This document shows positions 12,822 through 25,098 of a stretch of DNA of 64,000 bases, one piece after another. Location: positions 5,321,946 to 5,385,945 of the forward strand of contig BFEA01000010.1 in NCBI GenBank assembly GCA_003427395.1, in the 5' to 3' direction. The notes under the pieces were generated by a model. It saw nothing but the letters and a program-made list of their open reading frames with translations. It did no database searches and had not been told where the DNA came from. Positions within the stretch are counted from its first letter, which is position 1; the number at the start of each line of letters is the position of its first letter. Source of the DNA: Chara braunii (lineage: Eukaryota > Plantae > Charophyceae). The position numbers were made by a program, and so were the translations under genes.

Positions 12822-13178
12822 ATGGCGCAGATCAGGGAGAACCTCCCCGACGCTGACATCATGGAACACATGGTAAGTTTTTTGCTCCTGAGCTAAAACT
12901 TTAGCCCGTTCCCGCATGACCTCTTCCCTCACCACCCTTTTGGGAGCCAGAGGATATTCACCCTCTTATGAGCCGTGACTGGCGCAAGCGGCGAAAAGCG
13001 CTTTAGGGGATGCGCCCCCCTCCTCCACCAGCATTTATGCTGGCGTTGATGGCATTGACCATCTTGCTCCCTTCCTCCTTCTTTCCTACCCCCCCTTCTA
13101 CCCCATTGCGCAATAAGGTGCTTATTGTTGTTGCCACAGGTGCGTACATGGATTACTGACCCCGACTTCTGCGACAAG
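12822..13178 (+). CDS. Putative first two coding exons of PLE-B ORF1 (12822-12872 MAQIRENLPDADIMEHM; 13140-13178 VRTWITDPDFCDK)
   Basis: ATG...ATG|GTAAGT donor, TTGTTGCCACAG| acceptor and AAG|GTATGT donor. Both exons are phase 0 and preserved in the 3' repeat. Confidence 0.55.
12961..13009 (+). ncRNA. Hammerhead ribozyme in PLE-B 5' repeat (core G-to-T)
   Basis: CCCT-CTTATGA-GCCG(13 nt)CGGC-GAAAAGCGCTTT-A-GGGG, with palindromic stem III AAAGCGCTTT. Confidence 0.75.
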
Positions 13179-15729
13179 GTATGTGCTCCGATTGCTCACA
13201 GACTCTATGGTTTATCTATGGCTGTTGGAGATTCCCATATATGGGTTGCTATGGTTGCATTTTGCACTTCGACACACGCATACTATCGGACACTGTCCTG
13301 TCGCAATGCAGGGGTTAAGCCCACCTGCTGATCTCCACCCACTTGCCTAAGATACATACCTTCTCTCTGTGACGTGATCGGAGACATACAGTTCGTTAAT
13401 GGTGGTCTCCTCTTCCTGTAAGCCATACTGGCTCATGATTGCATATGCGTACAATATCACCTGCCCTCCCACCAACCCCCTCCACCTCCATACATACTCA
13501 ATCCACGCATATGCCCGCCCGCCTGCCCCCTCCATCCACCTAACTATATGAGCCACTTATGCAGCCCACTCCCATGTAAGTAACCAATCCCGCATAATCC
13601 CACCTCCCAACCAAACCTACCTATCATTCCAAATAACCTTAAATACGCCCATCCACCTCATCCTCGCGCCCTACCCCTCTAATGTAAAGCCACTCCACAA
13701 CTGACTATGCTCGAAAACGCCATGCCACAATATCTACACGACCAATACGAACAAATCCCGAATCATCACAACCATGACCACGATAGTTATGGATAAACCG
13801 ATGGAACCCTTTCGTATAAACTCATAGAATATCTGCACACACATGAAAAACCAAATGATAAACTCGCAACCCCCGAAACACTAAACCCAAACTCCACCGT
13901 AGTTTTGGCTGACATAAACATTCAAAGATAAATTTAATTAGGCACTTTACTTTTTATCTTTCTTCCTTACGAACTCGCTAATACATGCTGCCCTTATTAT
14001 ATCTCTGTTATTTAAGCACATCACCTCAGCTTCCCACAGTAAGTCGACTGCGCTCTTTGATCAAGGCATGCTTGATATAATCTATTATTCCTTTTTGCCG
14101 ATACACTGCACGCAACAAATCGATCATGCCGCAACTAGCCTAAATCCTTACCCTATCATCGCACGTCTATCTCAAATCCTGTTGTCACCATCCCTTCATC
14201 TGCTCTATCCTGGAACGTAGTTATAGCAACGCTGTATGTAGGAGTGATCATCATTTTATCGCCCATTGCAAATCGATGCCTGCTTACATCATGGTTGGGA
14301 ACGACCCTTCACTGGCCCATCCGGATCCTGATCCTGTCATCACTTTGAATGGGTAGCCTGGTATATTCTATCACTTTGATTATGCCGGTAAGTGCCGGTC
14401 AGTATGACTCGTACTATCTGATACTCTCACTCTGATCCGCATATGAAGGAATGTATTCTTCCTTGACCTTCTTCGCAATCAAGAGTACTCTGACTTAAAA
14501 TCCCTGTTCCTTTATTCAGCACGTTCTACCCACACCCCCTCTCTCCTTCCTTCCACCCCTTCCCCCACCAATATCCTGCTCAAACTTAAACCCCCCTGAA
14601 GTGCGTGATGCCTAGACGCTATAATCCCTCTTCCTACATCCAAATCTTCACGCCCCACGGGATGGGTGTCAGGCTCCCAGTTGCTAGAATTTATATACAT
14701 GTCCATATCCGGTATCCTGAAACTCCCATATATATCTCCCTACTTCGTATGCCCATAAATTCCCCTGTGCACCCACCAAAATACCAACCTCGATCCAATT
14801 ACCACTATATGAGATCGGGCAACCTACGAATTTAACATACACATAACTTCATCTTCTTAAATGCTTCCAAAACAACCCCCATGCTTATGATTAGACTTTT
14901 TTTCCGAGCACATGCAATCCCCTGGTATTGAATACCCCCATTCTGTAATTACTATGCCTCTGACCTCACAACCGCGTCACATACTATACCCATTATACAA
15001 AGATTTAACCAGCCATGCTGACTATCTGACCTTGTTTCCTCTCTGTATAGATATATACATATATACAAATGTACATACTACTATATGCACATATATATAT
15101 ATACGATCTTTTAGGTTCCCGCCTGACCACCTCCTGTGCAGACAAAAAACCATTGACCTTTAGCCATGAACTCCTTTCCCGCTTCCCCAACCCGACCTAT
15201 ATTGAAGTACTATACTAAACAGAAATATATATATACATATATTTACATATATATATAGACATAGGTTCTCTCTTTATATATATATAAGGGCATGGAACCT
15301 ACATATCGGACTCACCATCTTAATAAACGCTCTCCCCGGCTCTTCGTTTCCTATCTTCAGCTTTGCAAAAACAAGAACGCTAATTCAGACATCTTGCTAA
15401 CGACACTTTATTCTCGACTATGTCCCGGTCAATCTGCTTGCACTGAACGCTCTGTTTTTCATGTCATTTGCAACACTCTTACTTTACTCATCTCTCCAAT
15501 TTTCATTTCTTCGAAGCAAGGGGCTTCGGTTCTGTGGTGGTATCATAGAAAATTTCAGCCTACAATTTGGTCTGTAGCCACTCCAGACGCCAACCTATGA
15601 GAACTATTACTGTCTCCCACCCTGCACCCACATACATAACCCTATAGGTAAGCAGTTCGAAACAAAGGGATGCTCTTTGTTAAAAGAAAAACTCACTCTC
15701 TCCTTCATACCTTTCCACTCTCCAATATT

Positions 15730-15799
<70 letters not shown>

Positions 15800-15800
15800 C

Positions 15801-15843
<43 letters not shown>

Positions 15844-16529
15844 GATATTGTTACAACCCCTCGTTTGTTGTCCTCTTCCCTTTCTCTGCCTACGGTTTAC
15901 CGGACAGTTCTGTTGTGACGATATATATCTATAAAGTTGCATATCATCCTTTAGAAGTCCAATGCAACATTTCTCTCGCTAATCATGTTTTGTGATAACA
16001 GAAGTTGCTGCTAACATATGCACAGGGTATATTGCGAATCCTGGGTTAAAAAAATATATTCGACACTGTGCAATTTCTTCAATTTTTTACCAAGCTATTG
16101 CGCACATACACACGCACTAAGATCGAATTTGTGAAAATCCTAGGAAAGGTTAGCCCCCCTTCTCATGAATTTTTTCTGCACTAGCTCTCTCCTCATCTCT
16201 CTCTCGCGCTCTCTCTCTTTCTCTCGCCGCACTTTCGCGCTCCAACGCTCCTTGTCACCATACTCCCCTATCCCTACCAATCCCTCACCCCCTCCCCCNC
16301 CCCCCCTCTCTCATTCTTTAGAATTTTCCCCCTTCCCCTTCGGTCTTACTACCCCATCTCTTTTACCTCGATTGTCCCCCCTCGTCCCGCTCACACCAAG
16401 ATCAAATATGAGCATATTCATGGCCAAGACAGCCTCCTTGTTATAAGATTGCTCCGTATCATGAAAATACTCTATCTATGACAGTCTTACTCTTCTTCTC
16501 TCCTTTTTTAGCACTGCGTCCCCACACAC

Positions 16530-16567
16530 CTGTCTCTTATACACATCTAGATGTGTATAAGAGACTG
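16530..16567. other. Nextera mate-pair junction adapter (two Tn5 mosaic ends); assembly artifact
   Basis: CTGTCTCTTATACACATCT+AGATGTGTATAAGAGAC(T)G, one mismatch to the known junction adapter, ~30 bp from an N-gap. Confidence 0.97.
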
Positions 16568-17190
16568 GTCCACCTCTGCGATTGCAACTGATTAGCTTNN
16601 NNNNNNNNNNNNNNNNNNNNNNNNNNNNNNNNNNNNNNNNNNNNNNNNNNNNNNNNNNNNNNNNNNNNNNCTCTCTCTCTCCCTCCCTCTCTCTCTCCCC
16701 CTCTTCCTCGCCCCCCTGCTTAAAACCTGCCCCCTGTCTACCCTGACTCCTTCCCCCTACTCAAACAACTGCACCATGCCACATTTAATGATCCTAGGAT
16801 TACCAATCACCAAAACAACACCCCATGCTAACAAACTACAAAAAAAACATCGCCCATACCACTATCGCGAAACAATACGGACTCCTTTGAGATGGATTGA
16901 CCACCGAATATGAACAAACTACTCAAAGCGTTCAATATTGTATGGTTTACAAACAGAAAAAACCACAACCGCAGATACGCATGATCCATAATATAAACCC
17001 CTCATACACCACCTTCACACACCAAACGTCACTATACATGGTAAGATATGCCCTCTCTGCTCTCGATCAACGAAACATGTATTGCTAAAGACTAGTCCCC
17101 TCATGTACTGCAGAAATATTTTGCGCAAAGCACTTGGTACCACGATCCACTGATTACCTTGCATGAAAGCATAAACAGAGATCGCTACCG

Positions 17191-17724
17191 CTAATAACCC
17201 TCGTACTCCTTAATTTCGCCCCATAAACCCGGACGTGCGAGGGGATCTCCGACCGAGACGCCCCATCCGGCCGTCGGCACAATATTTCTCCCATGCTCTA
17301 CCGCCAGTGCAGTCACCAAAGCTCTCAAAATATGGAGCAATACATCCCGCCCATCTTCAGGAGGATCAATAGGAATCTCCGCGCCAATTCGACGCAGGAA
17401 GAAACGCAGAGAAACTAAAGCTCCACGTAGGTAAGCGACGTAGGTCCCCACACGAAGTACCATCTGACCGTTCAGGTTAATATCATAAGAACGCGTCATC
17501 GACCGACGTTCTGGAGATGCCTCCCAGGGCTCCACACCAATCGGAGAATCACGAAGATGCACGCGCTCCAAAATCAGGATCGTATTCTCCGACACGACGC
17601 CATGGTAAACCACGGTAAACTCCATCCTCCTGCTCCTCCTGGTGGAAGTCACCCACACCCGTCCAATCATCATAAGACCAACACCAATATGACTGCCTCC
17701 CGCTTCCACCCACTCCACAACCAA
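17191..17724 (-). CDS. Antisense ORF of unknown function inside PLE-B (up to 177 aa; ATG-initiated forms are shorter)
   Basis: Uninterrupted ORF with globular-looking composition in a GC-richer island; no family recognised. Confidence 0.5.
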   Translation of the reverse strand: MVVEWVEAGGSHIGVGLMMIGRVWVTSTRRSRRMEFTVVYHGVVSENTILILERVHLRDSPIGVEPWEASPERRSMTRSYDINLNGQMVLRVGTYVAYLRGALVSLRFFLRRIGAEIPIDPPEDGRDVLLHILRALVTALAVEHGRNIVPTAGWGVSVGDPLARPGLWGEIKEYEGY

Positions 17725-18539
17725 TAATAGAAGAAATCAACCCCCCAGCGTAACCTCCTACCGAGAGAATCTAGAACCTCATGCGCACAACAACAAGCTC
17801 TGGTACACACTATCAGAGTATCCAACACAAAAACATACTACGCAAATCTTGCAACATCCTGCACAGCAGCCCAAAGAAAATCCCTACTCTTTTTATATTG
17901 TTACTGTAACCGCGCATGCCAGAAAACAGTTCCTGAAGTCTAACACCAACCGCAATTTTTTCTAGTTGAACTCCGAACCAAACTAGGAAATGTATGAATA
18001 ACTAAAACAAAGCAAACCATAAAAACCTAACCTATAAACTACCACAAAATGCACGCGCATGCGACGCAACCATCCACGCATATACGGGTTCCTCCCCCAC
18101 CCCTTCCACACCCTTTAACCCAAAATGGCCACCACGAATGTCTAATGATTCTAATCCCGAACGATGAAACACAAAAAATAATTCCTTTCAAATATTTGCG
18201 CTATTTCATAATTTAAATTTAAGACACAAAATTAAAACAAAAATAAATAAATAAATAAATAATAAAAAATAAAAAATATAAAATTAAAAATTAAAAATTA
18301 AAACCAAAAATAAAAAAATAAAAAAATAAAAAATAAAAAATAATATTAAAATATAGATATATAAAAATATATATATCAAATATAAAATAAAAATATAAAA
18401 TATAAAATATAAAATATAAAATATAAAATGTAGATATAAATCATCCTTTTTAAAAAAAAAATAAAATAAAAATAAAAAATAAAAAATATATGTATAAAAA
18501 AAATAAAATAAAAAATTACCCTATGGTTATGATGCCGCT

Positions 18540-19640
18540 ACGATACGCAGATAGCGAGCGACTGCACAGGAATAACTGTCATTCATCTATCCCTTACCTG
18601 AGCTCGCCATGGGGAATGACGTAGACAATGGGAGAATGGAGCGTGGGCGCGATGAGATGGCGGCCGCTCCGAAGGGGCACAACAATACACCTGCCATAGC
18701 CTGTTCTTGACCAACGACAACTTAGTAAATTCCTTGAGAGGAACGGGAGAGATATGGGGACGACCAATAGGCAAAACTGCGCACCGTACATATCAGAATT
18801 GTCACCCGATTAGGGGTTTTGCTCATTGATTATAGATACATAACACTGTTGTGTTACGACAACGGACGTAACCCTATCTGAGTGAAGAAATGGAGACGAA
18901 CGAGGTGAGTACATCCATAAGCATCGACTCCCGGGAAAATAGATGATAGACTTCTCGCTGCATTTTAGCATTACCAGAGCTGTCGAAAAAATACCGACAC
19001 AAGGCTTCAACCTTGACCTGGGCCTACCCACTCTAGCCAAGACCCATACGTCGGACGTAGTGTTGCTCGCGCCTTCCTACCCTTTAGACCTTTGATGCAG
19101 TATATTATAACACTATTAAGAGAAGAATGGGCGAATTGAAACTTTGTTATGCCGTTTGCGATTCGCTGCTTTCCGGCGAGAACGTTAAATAGGTGGGTCA
19201 CGGTTTTTCGTGGAACTGGGTTCTCATCTTGATGATGGTCGTCGATGCATTGCCACAATTTGGTACCTGGTGATAATGATTTGTGTGGTTGGATTTAAAA
19301 TACAAGTACACTAGATTTCGTTATTTTGGTGTTACGCCTACTCATCAGTGCCCGAACAGAGGTGGATAGGGTTTGAAAAGTAGATAGGTTTCTGAGAAGC
19401 TTACGTGTTTAATCATGTATATTTTCTGATTAGCCCTGGCCTAGTTAGAGGAATCAACGGCTGAATCATTTTTTTAATTGGCTGGACGCTCGTCTTTCGA
19501 TTGGTTGAGTATTCCATCGAAACTAGGATGGTGATTGAAATAGAGCTTAGCGCACTGATCCGCTGCGACTGGATAGCTCTGGCTGGGTGTGCCTCACCCA
19601 ACCTCGTCTGGCCGCGGATTTTGATGAAAGCGACGCACAA
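18540..19640 (-). pseudogene. Decayed antisense coding-like island inside PLE-B
   Basis: Balanced-composition island flanked by extreme A-rich spacers. One minus-strand frame reads as protein-like with scattered stops (…CAKLYFNHHPSFDGIL…WQCIDDHHQDENPVPRKTVTHLFNVL…). Confidence 0.35.
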
Positions 19641-20620
19641 CCCTGTTTTCGGTCATAAAAAATATAAATTTAAAAATAATCTTAAAATAATCTCGGCTCA
19701 ACTAAGAATGAATCCCCTCTCAGCCCCTCTCCCCCCAAAATAGCAGAATTAGATACTCTTCCTTCATACGGATCCTGCTATACTACATACTCCCTTTAGA
19801 CAACCCAATAATGCAAGGATCTTCTTAATTTGAAAGTTGGATAAAGCAATAATAATAATAAAAATAACAATAAAAAATATTTAAAATATAAACTCACAAT
19901 TCTCATATCCTTTTTAATTTATACTTATACAAAAACCAATTTACTTCACAAAGAAATAATACGTACGATAAAAAATGCCTGCCAATTTTATAATTACCCC
20001 GAACATCACGACACTAACAAGTAGAACCAAAAAATACATGAACAGCCACGATTCAATAGGCCAATATAATCCCTAAGTATCCTAGTTACTAACAATAGGG
20101 ATCGCAGACCCAACAAACATTTTTCTGTCAATACAACAACACACACATAACTAAGCCCAAGCTGCACATAACACTGCATCAACCTGAACCTGCTCCTTAG
20201 TCAGACCTAGCACTATAGATTCCTCCCAACTGCTAACCTTTACTATAGCAAATCTCCCTCCAAGAATGTCCTCACAATAAGATCCCATAACACGGAAACT
20301 TAAGAAACACAAGACCTATGAGCTATCCAACCCCCTGAAAAAACCATCCCTACCAACACCGATTAACGATTACCCCCACATACAAAATAAAACAACAATA
20401 ACAACACAACAGACTACACATGAATAAGTAATTTTTTAATACGCCATATTAACATTAAACCAGTAACTCGCCTTTTAATTAAAATCTCTCCAAAACCCCT
20501 GACCAATCAAAAACCACCCCCTTCTACACAAACATCACATCCTAACCCACACGTTTGTCCATACCCCCTTTTTTTTTAAGAAAAAACACCATGTACTAAC
20601 AATGCGCTCTAATCCGTCAC

Positions 20621-23450
20621 ATGCAAGATGAATCAGAAGCCAACAAGGGATGGCATCACGAGCTGGCTGAGAAAGCCCAGTTGTTCATCCACCTCACACC
20701 CCTAAGCGTGCATTCGCAGACTGCCATGCTAGCCCTCCCGGAGCAAGTACTTAATCAAGTACATGAAACCAGCAACGCGCAAGCCCCCTTCCTCATTGAG
20801 AACCTGCACTTCTCAGATTGGGCGATCATTGTTGCCAAGTGGCAAACACTCAGAGGAGAGGAGGGACCCATCATTCAAACTTATGTCAAGGACATTGTCG
20901 CCATTCTCAAGCAAGCAGCACTGCAGAACCGGGAAATGGACAAGATCGTCGCAAAAACGGAGAAGGTCATCCTTGACTTGTATGGCTTCAGCTCTGTGCA
21001 TCTGAATGCCACAGGTGATGTCAACACCACTGACAACACTGACGAGCACAGACTACAAGTCATCGCACACCTCAACCCTTCACAAGCCGAAAAAGATTGG
21101 TATTTGAAGAGGCGGGCGGAGCGACAGCAACAAGCAGCCCAGCCTGCTGTCGCCACGCCCACCCCACGCAAAACCAACTTCTTCAGAATGGCGTCAGATG
21201 CACCATTCATACCAGTCCAAACACCCAGGTGGATTGAAAGCATCAGCAACAGATATGACAACAGGCTCTGGATGGTTGACTCCTTCAATCACACTGCCCC
21301 CATCACCATCCAAGCATATGCATCATTGGCTAACCTGTCGGAAGCGGATCTTGCCGAATGCAGAGAAGAGGCCCAAAAAGCCATCATCCGCAGAACAGCA
21401 ATCGACTCCAACTTCCCGATCCTCGGACCTCTTGACAGCTCCAAATGTCCCAACTGCCACCCACTGCTCCACCAGAAGGCGGTGCAGAAGCCTACTGCCG
21501 AGCTCCATGAGTTCAAGAAACTATGGAACTCCGGTAGACCTTATCTGAAGTGCAATTGCCCCATGCATGGAGGTGTGATCACATGGTTTGATCACATGCT
21601 ATGGTTCTACATAGCAAACCTCGATATCTTTGAGGCTGATGTTCCCCCTGATATGATGAGGATGATGGAACTTACTGACAAACTGCAGAATGAATGGAAA
21701 AAACCTGTTAAGCTGCAAGTCACCTTCCTCTACATGCGCATGCACATGATGAACCTGACGCATCTGCTGGTTGCTAACCCTCAATCCACCACTAACCAAC
21801 TTGCGGATAGAGAACCATACAGGGAAATGCCGCTGGCCAAGAAATTCTTGGCTACTCTGCTGCCTGCTGCACACCAAACCCAAGACCCTCCACCTTCACT
21901 CACCAAGCGCAAGAACCACCCAACACCTGACATCATCCAATGCAGTCGCAACAGGCAACCCACCAACACGCTCACCACCCCAACCCATGTCCCTTCACAC
22001 ACACCCATACAACCAATAGCCCACATTGAACCCACCCATGCACCTGCAAACTCCGCCCTCCCTAACAACACGCACACTCACCATGCTGCACAACCGCCAC
22101 CACTGACTGCACAACCACAACATACTACCCCTACCATTGCACGCACACCCTCCCACCCAATGCCCAGCATAGCACTGCACAATACATGAAGAGCAAAAAG
22201 AAACAACACTGCCCAAACCACAAAAAGATTGCAAAAGGGCAGATGGCAGAAACGCAAGGAAAAGCTCATGGCAGCAAGAAGGGCGCAGCTGCAACAGCAG
22301 CCAAACAACGCACAGCAAGCCCCGCATCAGCCACCTCTCCAAACCACCAACCTGCGCAGCACAAATGCACAGCAACCAAATCAACACGAACACCTGCAAG
22401 CATCGCACCCACAACCCCGCAACTCCCAACAGCCCACTGCACTGACAACACGCGATCCTCAGCAACCCATCAGCTCACAGCCTCAAACATCACAGCATAA
22501 TCTGCAGGCCCAATAGTTCCTGCAAACTGTTCTTGCAACAGCACAGCAACTCCCCGCACCTGCACCCGCCAACACCCGATCTTCACCGGCACCCGCACTG
22601 TCACAGAACGTACCACGGTCCACAAGCTGGCTTCCCCCCATCCACCAATTCCTCGCACACCACGCCCAACAACAGGCAAATCGATCAACATCCCCCCCTC
22701 CGCAAGGTTCCCGGCGTCACAACCCCATTGTCCTTGGTTCCCCATCCCCTGACAAACCCCCCAGAGCGCACAACGACATCAGTTTACTTCTCCAGCAGTA
22801 TGATGTCGAGTGCTCGCTAATTGATGCAAACCTTGACGACAGCTACTCGACTAACGTAGTCTAGGAAACCCCTGCGCCACAAACCACTAACAAAAACACC
22901 AGGAGGAACCTTGTCAGCGACTACAGCTGCAACCCACTGTCACTCACTGATCTCTGAATCTACGCAGATACCCATCGCTCATGACATGGCTTTGCGGCTC
23001 TGAGAGACTATATAAGACGTCATGGCCAATACCCAGGAGGACAACCCTCTTCCACGATTGCATGGGATGCGAGTGTGCCGACAATACAGACCTGGCGACT
23101 ACAGGAGCAGCAGCAACAAGAAAAAGAGACCTCCAACCAGCAAGCACTCCCAAGACCCACAGAAGATCCTACTGAATGACCAAGGGGCCTGCTACCACTG
23201 CAATGCCTTTTAAAGATTCAGTAACCTCCAGACTTCAGGCGATGATTCAGTCTAGCAACATAGCTCAACAAGCACAGCCTCGTTGCAAGCTAAGCTAGCC
23301 CCCACTCCAAGTACGAACATGTTTAGCAAGTTCCAGGATAAGAATAGCTCACATGCCAGCTATGGTCTGACTCGACTGTTCCTCTCGGTCATCCCTGAGC
23401 AAGCAGAAGTCTCCCTCTTAGACCAGAAAGTGCATGACGGTATTCGGTAG
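20621..23450 (+). pseudogene. PLE-B ORF1 body: 522-aa open segment with CPNC/CNCPMH motifs, followed by a Pro/Thr/Gln-rich linker and a stop-disrupted continuation
   Basis: ORF 20621-22189; 22229-22516 is in the same frame. A TACTAAC branch point lies at 20594, and a further acceptor TACGCAG| at ~22967. Confidence 0.65.
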
Positions 23451-25098
23451 GATAAACTTCAACCCCTGAACTCTTACACCTCCCCAATTTCTTATTTATT
23501 ATCATCATTATTTTTAATAATTATTCAGCTGGTTCCATGTAATAATCGCCTCCGTGTAAAATTCTACCACTTGATTGGCCAAATCTCAACTGGTTCTTCA
23601 GAAATCGGCAGACTGAATCCCAAATCTGACTTCACCCTGAAGAAGCTTCTGGCCCCAAAATAAAACGTGGAAACTCCGCCCCGAATGTTGCTTGAGTTTT
23701 AAATAAATATACAAGGACCATGGTTCGACAGATGGCCCAGGCGCCCGAACAGAAGGATATTCATCTCTGATCTGTGTCATATTGAATGATATCCGTATGT
23801 TTATTTTTACTTTTTATTTTATTAATTTTTCGTGTACTCGCATGCTAACCTCCCTGCCCTTTGCCTGAATGTGCTCATTAGCAGAGAACACCCTTCATAT
23901 AACCCCCCACTCTACACAGTGAAGTCCTCATACCCCGGCCTCCATGCTCCTTCCAGCAATAGACGTCTCCCAGACCTTCCTGACTCTAATGCTCTCCCGA
24001 ACGCCCTCTGTCACCCTTCCACCACACCTCTTCCTCAACCATCCCTGCATACACTCTGTAGAAGTATCCCCAACCACACACTCGCACACACATCTTCCTA
24101 TGCCATAAATCCGTCCATCGGCCTCAGCCGGGAACCTGAAAATTACGTGCCTACATTCTTACATATCCATCCATTGCCCCCCTCACCAACTGCAAACTAA
24201 ACATAGCTATCACTACATAACAGCAATATCCCTAGGCTACCATTAGATAATAAAATAAGTAGATCATTACAATAATGCTGATACCTAGGAACAACCACAC
24301 CACTACACCATCTACCTACTATTCGAGGTCTGAGCAAGGAAAGTCAGTCCCTGATAATAGACTACGGAGTGAGGAATGGAATAGAATAGAGGGTGTGACC
24401 TTGAATGTACTTATCCATTTGATAACTGTTTATGTTAAGACATCTGCTTTCCTGACAATTGCCAATAGTAGCTCCTGAATCCCTTTCTTAAGACTAAAGC
24501 TGATTGTTTCAGAAGACCTTATGGCCAACTAGGATAGCCACCGACATGTACGAAGTAGACCTTTTTCACTCACCTTTTTCCTCTCTCCTGCTCCTCCCCT
24601 CTTGCCAAAAACAACACATGACCCCAAATGCCCCACCTACATTCCATATCCTTCTTACCTCCTCCCACCCAACCAACCGTTTATTCACGACTGTACAACC
24701 CCACCCTTGTTCCTCCTTCTAAACCCCCCCCATGCATAAAGCTGGCGCAAACCATCTCTACGGCACCTCTCCTTCCCAGCAATCCCCCCACCCCGCAAGC
24801 CTTTAACTTGCCAAACTTTTTCTACCAAGAAATCTCTCTGCACATTCTTACTGCCTCAACCCCTTGCTCTACGCACACCCTTCGACCTTTCCTCTTGCCT
24901 ACTCAATGGACCCTGCCCTCTATCTAATGTTTGTTCCTGCGCACACACTCCCTCTGAAAAAAAAAAACCAGAAGAACCCCCCTCCCCCACAATCAGTAAT
25001 TGAATTCCTGTACAGCACCAATAAAAACAACCATATACACAGGCATTAATGGGTTACATAAAAAACCTAGCAACTAACCCCGAAACTTTTGCATGCAG

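Larger units (their letters stand above)
11835..13275 (+). repeat. PLE-B 5' pseudo-LTR
   Basis: Matches 27660-29105 from CAAAATAAAAAAAT.AATATGCTCTCAC to TTTTGCACTTCGACACAC. Confidence 0.95.

Noticed and set aside
16530-16567. Bacterial Tn5/IS50 insertion or horizontal transfer
   Set aside because: Matches the mate-pair junction adapter and lies beside a gap.
19300-19355. Minus-strand CTGATGAG…CGAAA hammerhead-like spacing
   Set aside because: No convincing stems I-III.
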